A DNA stretch of 64,000 nt from Candidatus Poribacteria bacterium (GCA_963665235.2 CAXXLX010000001.1:64001-128000); one strand, 5' to 3'; counted from the stretch's first letter, positions 1 to 10,089 are shown. Notes: generated from the sequence alone by a model not told the origin. Translations and numbers: made by a program.

Positions 1-740
1 TGATCCTCACGTTGTCTCTTGATTTTACGGTGTTTGCGCGCCACATCTAAGCGGGAACGCTCACAGTTGTTGCTACCCTTTACTTTCTTAGCATGGGCAC
101 GTTGGGCTACAGACAAATCCGCCATAGAGGTTTTATAGAACTCAGGAGACTCATATTCTGTGCCATCGGAACAGGTGAACATCGTTTTGATACCGAAATC
201 ATACCCTGCAGCACTACCCGTCTTAGGTAGGATTTCAGATACCGTGTCATCTGTTACAACACACATATAGAAGTCACCAACGCTATCTGCTTTGATAGTG
301 ACTGTCTTAATATTACCTACTATCTCGCGGCTTAGATTAAACCGATATTGTTTTTCCATTATACGGACCCTATCACCATAGAAACTATAGCCAGAGGGGG
401 ACATTGTGAATGAATACGGTTTGCGCCATGAACGAAACTTAGGCGGACGCTTCGCAATACACTTAAAAAAACGCTGATACCCGGTGTCTAAACGCCGCAG
501 TATATCACGCGCCGCCCAAGAGTCTAACTCACGCCAATGCGAAAACACTTCAGGATGTGAGTTCCTAAGGACGGTAAAGGCACGCGACATCTCAGGAAGC
601 GACATATACGCAAGACCAAGAGAATAGCGCGTCCGCTGCCAACCTAAAAAATAGTTCCAAACATCATGGGCCACCCACGTTAAACGCTTGAGATTACGAT
701 TACGCGGGGCACGAAAAAGTTTGTATTTTGTGGTATACAT
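1..740 (-). CDS. tnpB: IS200/IS605-family RNA-guided endonuclease TnpB (partial, runs off window start)
   Basis: Manual translation from ATG at 740: MYTTKYKLFRAPRN...VWNYFLGWQ...RLDTGYQRFFK...PPKFRS...GYDFGIKT (RuvC-I Asp)...KKVKGSNN...ARKHRKIKRQREDH. Absent from the ORF track because no stop codon lies in the window. Confidence 0.9.
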   Translation of the reverse strand, partial: MYTTKYKLFRAPRNRNLKRLTWVAHDVWNYFLGWQRTRYSLGLAYMSLPEMSRAFTVLRNSHPEVFSHWRELDSWAARDILRRLDTGYQRFFKCIAKRPPKFRSWRKPYSFTMSPSGYSFYGDRVRIMEKQYRFNLSREIVGNIKTVTIKADSVGDFYMCVVTDDTVSEILPKTGSAAGYDFGIKTMFTCSDGTEYESPEFYKTSMADLSVAQRAHAKKVKGSNNCERSRLDVARKHRKIKRQRED

Positions 741-827
741 CTAAGGGTATCCTGCCTTGAAAAGTTGCTACCTGCCTCTAAAAAGGGGCGGAGAAGTCTA
801 TAGATTCTCCGCTAAGGCATTAAATAG

Positions 828-856
828 AGTATACCCCATTTTTCAGGAAAAGTCAA
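828..856 (-). promoter_or_regulatory. sigma70-like promoter of tnpB
   Basis: Minus strand TTGACT-17 bp-TATACT upstream of the tnpB ATG. Confidence 0.6.
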
Positions 857-1014
857 ATTAAAATTTCAACTCATGCACCGCTACTACATCCCCCAGCTAA
901 AGCATGGGGGTTTTGTAGCGGAAGATTTGATAAAATGACCGATGCGATGTCTCCGTCTGATAAAGATACTAAACTTTAGACAATTTTAGGGTGCGTAACG
1001 TCCTTGTCAAAGGG

Positions 1015-1135
1015 ATAGGTGGAAGGGTGGAAAATTGGAAGGGCGGATTTCGCGTGTGTTGTCAGAATGCCCGTCGCATTTGGGCGAGTACGCCGCAAAT
1101 CACGGAAAGCACGGAGAACGCGGAGAACGCGGAGT
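1015..1135. repeat. Short tandem repeats (8-mer GGAAGGGT-like; 9-mer CGCGGAGAA-like)
   Basis: ggaagggt ggaaaatt ggaagggc and cacggaaag cacggagaa cgcggagaa cgcggag. Confidence 0.6.
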
Positions 1136-1166
1136 GTCCGGTGCGTAACAATCTCTTTGGCAATTT

Positions 1167-1277
1167 TCAGCGATTGGCAATTGGAAACCAGAAGAAGAGG
1201 GTTTTGACGCGCGACAGAGATATGCTTAGCATCACAACCTCTTGCTAAATGCTATAAGCGAACAGCCAATAGCCAAC
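1167..1277. repeat. Heptamer-flanked palindromic element, copy 1 of 3
   Basis: Core GAAGAGG..TGACGCGCG...ATCACAACCTCTTGC flanked by 7-mer repeats. Also at 2753-2867 and 39946-40062. Confidence 0.6.
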
Positions 1278-1280
1278 ATA

Positions 1281-1360
1281 CTATAAACATATCGCCCCGA
1301 TGGGGCTAGCTTGTGTGTTGTTTGGGTTTTCTATAAACATATCCCCCCGATGGGGCTAAG
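1281..1360. repeat. Two REP-like units CTATAAACATATC(G/C)CCCCGATGGGGCTA
   Basis: Direct repeats at about 1281 and 1331, overlapping the 3' end of the GT9 gene. Confidence 0.6.
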
Positions 1361-2394
1361 AGCGGACTGTTACCCTTCCTGACATTAACCACGGCCTCCA
1401 ACACCTGCGCCACCGTAATCCCATCAATCACCGCGCAGCTGCCTGCACCACACCCGCCAGGATTCCGCCCCGGATGACACGGATTACATCCCAAATCGAT
1501 TCCGCTGTGCACAACTGTATGCATATCACCATACGGACCGCTACGAATGTGATTCGTTGAGCCGAAGAGTGCAACGACAGGGGTTTGGACAGCCGCAGCA
1601 ATATGCATCGGACCCGTGTCATTGCCGATATAGACATCACACGTTGCAATCAACGCTGCAACTTCCCGAAGATTTTCTGTTTCAACTACGACCGGCGGGG
1701 TGTCCATCATGCTGGCTACCTGTGCTTGACGGTCCCGTTCGTTTGGACCGGCGAAGAGCAAAATGGCACCGTCCTGCTCTTTACACAATCTGCTTGCAAG
1801 CTCTGCGTATTTTTCGGGGTTCCACAATTTGTATTCCCAATTCCCACCTATATGGATACCGATTAACACCTTTTCTGGTGGCAGTCCTGCTTCGGTGAGA
1901 AAACGTTGTGCCGCCGCATGCTCCAAATCGGTCAACTGTAAGGACGGTTGTCCCTCCGTTGTGTCAACCCCGTGTCTTTGTAGCACCTCTATATATCGAG
2001 TGACAGCATGCCGATTCCTATCTCCACCATGCACTAATCCCCAATGTTTCGCCCCGATACATCGGGCAATAAAGCTATCTCGTAAATTGATAACAAGGTC
2101 GAATTTTTCACGCCGTAGGGTTTTTACAAGTTTCATTCTCCCTTTCAAACCAGCGTGTTCGCCTCGGTTGTCGTAGACAAGAATGGCATTAAGTTGCGGG
2201 TCGTTTTTGAGGATGGCGGAGGCACCGGGCCCGACTATAAAGGTAATATGTGCATCCTGAAAATGGTGTCGCAGCGGCGCAATGACAGCAGTAGATAGCA
2301 CCGCATCGCCTATGAAACTGAAGCTAAAGACAACAATTTTGATGTGTCCTTGCGGTCTGATAAACGGAAAGGCTGTGATACGCTCCGGTGCCAT
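1306..2394 (-). CDS. GT9 glycosyltransferase (LPS heptosyltransferase-like)
   Basis: FIGDAVLS, GNDTGPMHIAAA, ALFGST and C-terminal CNPC motifs. Confidence 0.9.
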   Translation of the reverse strand: MAPERITAFPFIRPQGHIKIVVFSFSFIGDAVLSTAVIAPLRHHFQDAHITFIVGPGASAILKNDPQLNAILVYDNRGEHAGLKGRMKLVKTLRREKFDLVINLRDSFIARCIGAKHWGLVHGGDRNRHAVTRYIEVLQRHGVDTTEGQPSLQLTDLEHAAAQRFLTEAGLPPEKVLIGIHIGGNWEYKLWNPEKYAELASRLCKEQDGAILLFAGPNERDRQAQVASMMDTPPVVVETENLREVAALIATCDVYIGNDTGPMHIAAAVQTPVVALFGSTNHIRSGPYGDMHTVVHSGIDLGCNPCHPGRNPGGCGAGSCAVIDGITVAQVLEAVVNVRKGNSPLLAPSGGYVYRKPKQHTS

Positions 2395-2438
2395 ATATCC
2401 CCTCCCCGCTTGTACTGGCTGTTACCCACAAATTCAGA

Positions 2439-2684
2439 CTACTTGCCGTTTGTTACCAAAGCCCGCATGAACGAAGCGAGACTTTCTGCCTGCGCAGCTG
2501 TTCGGAGCAGTGCTTTGAGACGTTGCATGTCTTCTATCCCCTCAAGCGATAGCTGTAATGTTTGCTCTGTGCCTATGTGGAATCGAGCGTCGAGGACATT
2601 TAAGATGTTTTCAACAGTAGTTTGTTGCCGACCTTCTTCGAAGCCTATCTGTAAGATATATCGGTAAGTTGATGATTCAAGCAT
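2439..2684 (-). CDS. Stand-alone C-terminal part of an Rpn/YhgA-like (DUF4351-like) protein; RpnS-like
   Basis: MLESSTYRYILQIGFEEGRQQ...ILNVLDARF...LKALLRTAAQAESL, with a GGAGG RBS before ATG 2684. No upstream nuclease domain. Confidence 0.55.
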   Translation of the reverse strand: MLESSTYRYILQIGFEEGRQQTTVENILNVLDARFHIGTEQTLQLSLEGIEDMQRLKALLRTAAQAESLASFMRALVTNGK

Positions 2685-2752
2685 AGAACCCTCCATTAGA
2701 TGTTTGATTTCTTCGGGGTCAGCGATTAACCCGCTCAAAATCCATTGCCATA

Positions 2753-2867
2753 TTAGCGATTGGCAATTAGCGGTTGGCAATTAGCAAGAGGAAGAGGACT
2801 CTGACGCGCGTTAGAGTTCGGACTATTAATCAGAAAATCTTGCCAATAGCCATTAGCCAGCGAAGCA
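2753..2867. repeat. Heptamer-flanked palindromic element, copy 2 of 3
   Basis: gcaattagcggttggcaattaGCAAGAGGAAGAGGACTCTGACGCGCG...AATCTTGCcaatagccattagcc. Confidence 0.6.
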
Positions 2868-2994
2868 TAATAGAATGTTATCCTTTTAATACAATATAGG
2901 GATGATAAGGTGTAGCTAATATGAATATTATACACTTAAATTGGAACCGCTGCCAATCTTTTTCTGCGAAAATGGCGAGAAGAGATGTGCGGTG

Positions 2995-4242
2995 TTAATT
3001 TCTTCGTAATGGAAAGGATTCAATCAGTTCAACCGCCGTTGTCAAGCCATCCTCAGATTCCATTTGTGTGCCCAACGTTTCTGCTTTTTCAGTCATTTCG
3101 GATGTGCTTAAAACCTGTTCAATCCGTTGTGCAAGGCGTTTGGCAGTGAGTTTACGTCGATGTAGACTTTTCGGGGCAACGCTTAAATCAAAAAGTAATT
3201 TCCCCCAATAAAACTGATCGGCGATGTGTGGCACAACGACAGATGGAACTTTGGCACGACATACTGAGGCGGTAGTGCCAGCTCCCCCGTGATGCACGAC
3301 ACAACTTGCCTTCGGAAATAGCCATTGATGTGGTACGTATTCCGTGCAAAAAATGTCTTTTCCAGCGTCCTGATTGCCTAAAAGTCCCCATCCCGCTTGG
3401 ATAATCGCCCGTTGGTTTGTCATTTTGACAGCATCAATTAAAATCTCCGTTGTTTCCGTACCATCGCTCCCCCCCATAGACCCGAACGTAATGACAATAG
3501 GTGGCGGTCCATCATTTAAAAAATCTGTGAGTTCGGAAGGCGGGACGTAGTCCGGCTGCGTAAGATGCCAAATGCCGGTAAATTTGTGGTTTGCAGGAAG
3601 ATTGACAGGGGGACAGATTACTGGCGACGCAGCGATAAGGTTCAGATGGGGTGAATACATCTGGTCTGACGCTACTGATGCCCTCGGTTCGCCACCGACA
3701 GCCGTAATAAACTGATTGAATAGCGGGTCAACAGTATATTTGAGGCGGAGTCTTACCAATTTCCACACAAGCGCGTTAAATGTTCTACTCCAATTCGGAA
3801 ACGGATAGGGGGGATTATCAGCGGTTTTAATGAACCCCGGACAATACGTCACAGTCAACCACGGTAACCCGTTTCGGATAGCTGCCTCCTGCGCGGGGAT
3901 GTCTATGGAATGACAGATAACTAAATCATATCCTTTCATCGCTTCGAGGCAATCGTTATACCACTTTTCGCCCCGGCGCAGAATACCCTCCTTCGCGATA
4001 AGCAGCAGTGGTGCCATAGGGTCGCGCATTGCCATGACAGTATCCATCGCCTCATGAAATTCTGCTAACTCAAAAGCGACTCCCACCTCGTAGAAGTCAG
4101 CACCAATCTGAAGAATCTTCTCCTCGTAAAGGGAGGGCGCGCAGACGCGTACCTGATGGCTCCTTTCAAGTAAACGTTCCGCAAGTGCTAGGAGCGGATA
4201 TACATCCCCTGTTGTTCCCCATGCTGACATGGCAATTTTCAT
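2995..4242 (-). CDS. GT1 glycosyltransferase (sterol/UDP-glycosyltransferase-like)
   Basis: MKIAMSAWGTTGDVYP, ITFGSM, VPHQWL, HHGGAGT, DQFYW. Start overlaps the upstream GT9 stop. Confidence 0.9.
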   Translation of the reverse strand: MKIAMSAWGTTGDVYPLLALAERLLERSHQVRVCAPSLYEEKILQIGADFYEVGVAFELAEFHEAMDTVMAMRDPMAPLLLIAKEGILRRGEKWYNDCLEAMKGYDLVICHSIDIPAQEAAIRNGLPWLTVTYCPGFIKTADNPPYPFPNWSRTFNALVWKLVRLRLKYTVDPLFNQFITAVGGEPRASVASDQMYSPHLNLIAASPVICPPVNLPANHKFTGIWHLTQPDYVPPSELTDFLNDGPPPIVITFGSMGGSDGTETTEILIDAVKMTNQRAIIQAGWGLLGNQDAGKDIFCTEYVPHQWLFPKASCVVHHGGAGTTASVCRAKVPSVVVPHIADQFYWGKLLFDLSVAPKSLHRRKLTAKRLAQRIEQVLSTSEMTEKAETLGTQMESEDGLTTAVELIESFPLRRN

Positions 4243-5306
4243 TTTCCCCTCGCCTCCACGGTCAGAGTCGTTGCATCCCATACCATTTCCACAGGAAGTT
4301 TTTTAGTGCATTCCCATCCGATTTTGCACTTATGTGCGCTACAGGGCCAGCACGGCATATCGCGCCGCACAATAGAGGCGTTTTCACTCATCGGGTGCCA
4401 TGCAACATAGTCGGTCGGTCCGAAGATTGCAACCGTCGGTACGTCCAAAGCTGCGGCTATATGCATCGGTCCGGAATCATTGCACACGACTAGATTGCAT
4501 CGCGAAAGCAGCCCCCCCAATTCACGAACTGTCTTCGGTGCGTAAACGATTGGTGTGGACTGCATCGCTTCTTGGATGTTGCGGACCAGTTCCACTTCGT
4601 TAGGCCCGTGTAAAAGAAGGATTGTACCGTTGTAATGCGCTACGAGTCTGTCAGCAAGTTCAGCGAACCGTTTCTCGGGCCAACGTTTATCAAACGAGCT
4701 CCCCCCCGGATGAATGCCGATTAGGTATGTATCGTCGCCGAGTCCCCAGGATGCGCGGCACAATTCGACATTTTCAATCTCCTCCGGCAGCAGATTGAAA
4801 ATAGGTTTGCGTCCTACACCCTCGTCACGACAGATTAATCGTACCAATTCTAGGTTTCTATCCACTTCATGGGTTTCCCCTTTTCGATATTTTCCTTTCC
4901 ATGCATGTGTGAGCGTAGATTTAAACCGTTTCTGATACCGACCTAGGCGGTACGGCGCGCCAGAAAGAGAAGCGATGAGATGGGGCCATGTAGCGGTCTG
5001 CATCGCAACTACGAGATGAAACTGCTTACGGCGCAGGGTGTGATAAAATTGAAGACGTGCTGTTAATCGACTGTGTTCGCCGCCCCGGTCAAACACAATA
5101 ACCTTATCAACATCGGGATTGCCGGTTAAGAGGGGGGCATTAAGCGGACGTGCTAACACCGTAATTTCTGCGGATGGATAATTCTGTCGTAATAACGCTA
5201 TCGCTGGTGTTGAATTCAGCAAATCGCCAATCCCATCCGTGCGGATGATGAGTATTTTATCGATGTTAGGAAGCGGCTCTCCGTTCGTTAAATCTCGATG
5301 TGGCAT
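4239..5306 (-). CDS. GT9 glycosyltransferase (heptosyltransferase-like)
   Basis: IRTDGIGDLL, CNDSGPMHIAAA, AIFGPT, CWPC. Confidence 0.9.
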   Translation of the reverse strand: MPHRDLTNGEPLPNIDKILIIRTDGIGDLLNSTPAIALLRQNYPSAEITVLARPLNAPLLTGNPDVDKVIVFDRGGEHSRLTARLQFYHTLRRKQFHLVVAMQTATWPHLIASLSGAPYRLGRYQKRFKSTLTHAWKGKYRKGETHEVDRNLELVRLICRDEGVGRKPIFNLLPEEIENVELCRASWGLGDDTYLIGIHPGGSSFDKRWPEKRFAELADRLVAHYNGTILLLHGPNEVELVRNIQEAMQSTPIVYAPKTVRELGGLLSRCNLVVCNDSGPMHIAAALDVPTVAIFGPTDYVAWHPMSENASIVRRDMPCWPCSAHKCKIGWECTKKLPVEMVWDATTLTVEARGK

Positions 5307-5441
5307 AAGTGTTTCACCTTCGTCCTGCGGTTAAGTACTTTTGTCTATTATAGCATAAAGTGAACGGAAAGACAAAGGATTACAAATATTTCCTCAAAAA
5401 TATTTATTGCATCAATACCGACGGTATGGTATCATAAAACT

Positions 5442-7334
5442 ATGCACCAAAAAGACCCTCGCGCCCTACAGGAACTTGAAAGACCATCAACGTGGCGTTT
5501 TATCGTTGGTACCCTCGGCCTCGGCTCCGTTCTCATTCTTCTGACCTGCTATTGGATTATCTCCGCAGAAAACCGGGTCGTGTGGGAACTCACAGATTTC
5601 TCAATCTTTCCCACTGTGATTTTCACGTTCTTTCTGCTCGCTGTGCTTGCCCCTTTTCTAAGGAGACTCCTCAAACGGGCCGCACCAACCGAGCGCGAAT
5701 TGGCCCTGACGTACATCATGGTCTCAGTTGCCACCGCGCTTGCAGGGCACGACATCGTTCGGCAATTGGTGCCGATGATAGCAAACGCAGGATGGTATGC
5801 GACCCCAGAAAACGAATGGGCCGATATCTTCTTCCGATTTCTTCCGCCGTGGTTAACCATTACCGACCGTAAAATCTTGACAGGTTATTTTGAAGGCGAT
5901 GATACGTTTTGGCAACCCCATTATATGGAGGCGTGGTTTTGGCCGATTGTCGCCTGGAGCGGTTTGGTGATTGTGCTGCTGTTTATGATGCTATGTATCA
6001 ACATCATCATTCGAAAACAGTGGATTGACCATGAAAAGTTGAGTTATCCGCTGACAACGCTGCCCGTTGAACTGCTCGGCAATACGTCCGCCCTCTTTCG
6101 GAATAAACTGATTTGGCTCGGTTTCGGCATAGCCTTCGGCCTTGAAATCTTATCGGGACTGAATTATCTGTTTCCAGTGATACCCTCGCTCAAAATTAAA
6201 TATCAGCTCTACTTTTCAGACCGGCCGTGGAATGCGATAGGCCGTTTGCCGATTTACGTCTATCCGTTTGCCATAGGGCTCGGTTATTTGATGCCGTTAG
6301 ATTTAGCACTCTCTTTTTGGGCGTTCTACCTATTTTGGGGAGGACAACGTATCTTTTTCAGTGCAACAGGTTGGACAACCGCTATCGGGTTTCAAACCGA
6401 GCAACGGGCAGGTGCATGGCTCGGTATAGGCTTGCTCGCCCTAGTGACGAGTCGTCGGCAAATTTTACAAGTGCTCGGCGGCGTATTCTCCTTCAGGTCA
6501 AAAGACGGCTTATATCAACTCGCTGTATTTGGGTTGATATTTGGATTAGCCGTTGTCCTGATATTTTGGTATTTCGCTGGACTATCACCGTGGGTTGCGC
6601 TCGGTTATTTCAGCATCTATTTGGTGTTGTGTATCGGAATGACGCGCATGCGCGCCGAACTTGGCCCGCCGACACATGAGTTACACGGCATGCATCCCGA
6701 CCGGATGATGCTGCTATTTTTAGGCAGTCGTCCGTTGGGTGCACAGAATTTGACCAACACAACGTTATTGTCCTGGCTCGCCTACGGCTATCGGTGTCAT
6801 CCGATGCCGCACCAGTTGGAAGCATTTAAAATCGGCAGGTATTTCCGCCTCAGCGAAAATCGGTTAGTTGTTGCCTTGATAGTCGCCTCTATTGTTGGCG
6901 CGTTCATCTCCGTTATTGGGCATGTCGCGCTCTACTATGAGTACCGGTTTGCCCGCTGGGGTGTCGGTGAGTTTAATCGCTTGCAAAACTGGATTACTGC
7001 CCCGCGTGCCCCGAATTTCGCTGCTATTCAACACATGGGGGTTGGCTTCCTCTTCGCCTGCATGTTGACCTTTCTCAAACGACAATTTTTGTGGTGGCCG
7101 TTTTACTCGGTAGGATATGCCGTTGGCAACGGCTGGGCTATCGGATGGATGTGGTTCTCAATCTTCTTAGGATGGCTCTTCAAAAAATTACTATTCACCG
7201 GGAGTGGTGTACGTGCATATCGCAAGGCGTTGCCGCTGTTCTTAGGTCTTATCTTCGGGCAGTTTCTCGCGGGTAGCCTCTGGAGTCTGTTAGGCGTATT
7301 GCTAAACATGAACATGTACACCCTTTTCCCTTAA
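5442..7334 (+). CDS. Polytopic membrane protein, DUF6785/DUF6784-like (putative peptide transporter)
   Basis: 630 aa with many transmembrane segments; RKQW...EKLSYPL, RMRAELGPP, FLWWPF.S.GYA and PLFLGLIFG motifs. Confidence 0.7.
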   Translation: MHQKDPRALQELERPSTWRFIVGTLGLGSVLILLTCYWIISAENRVVWELTDFSIFPTVIFTFFLLAVLAPFLRRLLKRAAPTERELALTYIMVSVATALAGHDIVRQLVPMIANAGWYATPENEWADIFFRFLPPWLTITDRKILTGYFEGDDTFWQPHYMEAWFWPIVAWSGLVIVLLFMMLCINIIIRKQWIDHEKLSYPLTTLPVELLGNTSALFRNKLIWLGFGIAFGLEILSGLNYLFPVIPSLKIKYQLYFSDRPWNAIGRLPIYVYPFAIGLGYLMPLDLALSFWAFYLFWGGQRIFFSATGWTTAIGFQTEQRAGAWLGIGLLALVTSRRQILQVLGGVFSFRSKDGLYQLAVFGLIFGLAVVLIFWYFAGLSPWVALGYFSIYLVLCIGMTRMRAELGPPTHELHGMHPDRMMLLFLGSRPLGAQNLTNTTLLSWLAYGYRCHPMPHQLEAFKIGRYFRLSENRLVVALIVASIVGAFISVIGHVALYYEYRFARWGVGEFNRLQNWITAPRAPNFAAIQHMGVGFLFACMLTFLKRQFLWWPFYSVGYAVGNGWAIGWMWFSIFLGWLFKKLLFTGSGVRAYRKALPLFLGLIFGQFLAGSLWSLLGVLLNMNMYTLFP

Positions 7335-7338
7335 ACGT

Positions 7339-7683
7339 TTAGAAGTCCTCCAATGCCTCCTCAACGCTTTCAAAAACGCCGATGCTCTGTGTTAACCCGA
7401 TAGTACTGAAGATAGTCCGCACCTGTGTAGCCGGATGTACGATGCGCAGCGTTTGCCCTTTATCCCGAGTCTTCCAAAGTAATTTGATAATAGTGCCGAA
7501 CCCACTGCTAGTGATAAAGCTCTGTTGGTGAAAGTTAAGCAAAATTTTCGCTGCTTCCTGTACCCCCTCTTTATCATAAGCTTCATTAATGACATCTTCC
7601 GATTCGTTGGTTAGGTAACCGGTAACGTCAAATATTGCAAGGTCTTCTATGTATCGGATAGATATTTGCGGATGTGCTCTCAC
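7339..7683 (-). CDS. STAS-domain anti-sigma factor antagonist
   Basis: 114 aa; FITSSGFG phosphorylation-site motif and VFESVEEAL terminus. Confidence 0.85.
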   Translation of the reverse strand: MRAHPQISIRYIEDLAIFDVTGYLTNESEDVINEAYDKEGVQEAAKILLNFHQQSFITSSGFGTIIKLLWKTRDKGQTLRIVHPATQVRTIFSTIGLTQSIGVFESVEEALEDF

Positions 7684-7780
7684 ATTTTCCTCCTCAAGGA
7701 TAGCATCCTTTATAGTCTTCGTATGTCGGGCTGAGCTTGAGAAACCCGAGCTAAACCGTTGCTAAATTTTCGTAAACAAT

Positions 7781-8725
7781 TTAGTCTTCCGTGAAACTGC
7801 GCGTGAGCGGTGTATGCTCCGATTGTTCATGCACGACAGTTCCGTCGTCGAGATGGAGCCATGTCTCAAATTGATGCGCGCCTTCTTGTAATGCAACGAC
7901 CCGCGCCCCGCGCGGAAAACCTTCCCTACCGTAAGTGTTGTAACCGGTAGCTCTGCCGTAGCAGAGCCGAATGCCGTGCAAATCCCCCCAGAAATCGTTG
8001 ATATGGTCATGCCCGACAAAGGTGCCCATAACGTCGCCCGCTTCATGCAGGGCAGCAAAAAAGCCTGTATTTATTTGAGGCGGGCAGACGTTCTCATATT
8101 TTGCCCCGTAGCAGGTGTGAAAATCCCAAACTTCATCATATTCCGGAAGTGGGATATGGAAAAACGCCAGCGCAGGAAGCGGCCCGCCTGCCGAAGCAGT
8201 GAATTTTGCCGATTCGCCGAGAAACCACGCTATCTGTTCACGTCTAATCCAGTCGTACCCGCCGATATCCGTTGGGGCGTAACTGCCTGAATCTATAAAG
8301 TAAAGCAGCGCAGCAGGGTCGACCCCTTCAGAACTTTGCACCGTCAAAATATAATTGCCAACCCCTGGAACGTCCACCGGGCCGGGTTCTGACAGCGATA
8401 ACGCGCTTTCCTGCATGACCTCCATCAACTCGTCACGGGTGGCGGTGCCTTCATCGTCATGGTTGCCGAAAACAGCTGCCCAAGGGGTATTCCATTGTTC
8501 CAAAATCTGGGCAATCTGTCGAAGGGATTCGGAGGCATCATCGCATCCGCCCCCGGACAATATGTCTCCTGTCAGCACAATTAAATCCGGAGATTCCGCG
8601 TGTACGACCTTCTCCATCAAAGCCGCCGATTGCTGGTCAGCAGACTCACCGTTGTGCCAATGGATATCGGTAAATTGGACAATTTTGAAACGTCTCATGT
8701 CGCCAAATTTTAATCTGTTTTTCAT
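7781..8725 (-). CDS. Calcineurin-like metallophosphoesterase (Dcr2/PAP-like)
   Basis: DIH, TGD, GNHD, FFHIP and GHDH motifs. Confidence 0.9.
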   Translation of the reverse strand: MKNRLKFGDMRRFKIVQFTDIHWHNGESADQQSAALMEKVVHAESPDLIVLTGDILSGGGCDDASESLRQIAQILEQWNTPWAAVFGNHDDEGTATRDELMEVMQESALSLSEPGPVDVPGVGNYILTVQSSEGVDPAALLYFIDSGSYAPTDIGGYDWIRREQIAWFLGESAKFTASAGGPLPALAFFHIPLPEYDEVWDFHTCYGAKYENVCPPQINTGFFAALHEAGDVMGTFVGHDHINDFWGDLHGIRLCYGRATGYNTYGREGFPRGARVVALQEGAHQFETWLHLDDGTVVHEQSEHTPLTRSFTED

Positions 8726-8914
8726 GAGCTACTTTTTCCTCCTATGTAACTATAACACAATTTTGAAAAATTGCAAGCAAATTTTTCTACTATTTGCTTT
8801 TTTTGTGTTTTTGTGGTATTCTAGATTTCGCTATTTGAACCTCTTCAGTCACCGAGGCTCGTAGCTATTATTGAAAATACACAATCACGGATACGCTCTC
8901 GACTTTATTAGGAA

Positions 8915-9186
8915 AACGTGAGCTTGATAATAAATGTCCGTTGGTTTCCCTAACCTCTATAAATATATCGTCCTTAAAGAGCGGGAAACCGTTTGCCCGA
9001 ATACTGGGACTAAAAAGAGGCGAGGCAACGCTTTTCTATAAATATATCGTCCCTACGGGACTTACTTGGGGCAGAAACGGCTTCTATAAATATATCGTCC
9101 CCACGGGACTAAAAAGAGGCGAGGCAACGCTTTTCTATAAATATATCGTCCTTAAAGAGCGGGAAAACTTTTTTCAAACTCACGTT
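8915..9186 (+). mobile_element. MITE family A, copy 1, with CTATAAATATATCGTCC REP-like cargo
   Basis: TIR AACGTGAGCTTGATAA / TTTTCAAACTCACGTT, flanking AGGAA duplication, four internal CTATAAATATATCGTCC units. Confidence 0.8.
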
Positions 9187-9214
9187 AGGAAAGACAGACG
9201 AAAATCTACAATAC

Positions 9215-10021
9215 ATGAACCTTATGAATACTTATGAAATCCACACCACTATCCGCTCTAACGAGAAGGTCGCTGAAGCGCATTACCTGTTACGTTGTGA
9301 ATGTGCTGAAATTGCTCAGCACGCACGACCGGGACAATTTGTCCATGTCCTGATTTCACATGGGGCAGGGCTCTTACTCCGCAGGCCGTTTACAATTTAT
9401 ACGGTTGACGGTGATGAAATAACGGTGCTCTATCAAATCATCGGTGAGGGAACACAACGGTTGTCAGAAATGTCGAAGGGAACATCGCTACAGGTGTTGG
9501 GCCCACTCGGCAATACGTTTGACACGACAAATACACCGGCACCAGCGATTTTGGTTGGCGGTGGGGCAGGTATCGCCTCTTTGATGTTGTTGGCTGTGGC
9601 GTTGCACACACACGGTATACAGACACTTGGATTGGTAGGGGCACAACACCGCGCTCGACTGCTGAGCGTTGCAGACTTGGAGGCAATAGGCATCGCAGTG
9701 CATATCGCTACAGACGATGGAAGCGTCGGGCATCACGGGTTTGTTACCGACCTTTTAGCTGACCTGCTCCATAAAAATCGTTGGCACCGCCCCACAATTT
9801 ACGCCTGCGGTCCGCATGCAATGCTTGCCACCGTCACAAACATTGCTATTGATTTTGACGTGCCAGCACAAGTTGCTATGGAAAATCGGATGGGCTGCGC
9901 ATTAGGGGTCTGCCTCGGATGCGTTTGTCCTATCCGTATCAATGCGAATCAAATTGAATATCAACGGGTTTGCACCGAAGGGCCTGTTTTTAATGCAACT
10001 GACATTGCATGGGACATCTAA
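9215..10021 (+). CDS. pyrK: Dihydroorotate dehydrogenase electron transfer subunit
   Basis: PGQFV, LRRPF, GPLGN, GGGAG, ACGP and MGCALGVCLGC...VCTEGPVF 2Fe-2S motif. Confidence 0.9.
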   Translation: MNLMNTYEIHTTIRSNEKVAEAHYLLRCECAEIAQHARPGQFVHVLISHGAGLLLRRPFTIYTVDGDEITVLYQIIGEGTQRLSEMSKGTSLQVLGPLGNTFDTTNTPAPAILVGGGAGIASLMLLAVALHTHGIQTLGLVGAQHRARLLSVADLEAIGIAVHIATDDGSVGHHGFVTDLLADLLHKNRWHRPTIYACGPHAMLATVTNIAIDFDVPAQVAMENRMGCALGVCLGCVCPIRINANQIEYQRVCTEGPVFNATDIAWDI

Positions 10022-10060
10022 ATAAGGTTGAATAACAGGAGCAAAAAATCTAGTTTTTTC

Positions 10061-10089
10061 TTGACATTTCTATAAAAATGTGTTATAAT
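10061..10089 (+). promoter_or_regulatory. Consensus sigma70 promoter of IS607 tnpA, hit by a MITE
   Basis: TTGACA(10061)-17 bp-TATAAT(10084). Confidence 0.75.

Larger units (their letters stand above)
1..929 (-). mobile_element. IS200/IS605 (IS1341-like, tnpB) element; left end hairpin at 880-929
   Basis: Subterminal hairpin CCCCCAGCTAAAGCATGGGGG (890-910) inside a CGCTAC...GTAGCG stem. It ends GAAGATTTG|ATAA, i.e. TTAT immediately 5' of the left end on the minus strand. Confidence 0.75.

Noticed and set aside
991-1248. 85-aa and 62-aa ORFs; likewise 8941-9237
   Set aside because: Composed of short tandem repeats or MITE sequence.
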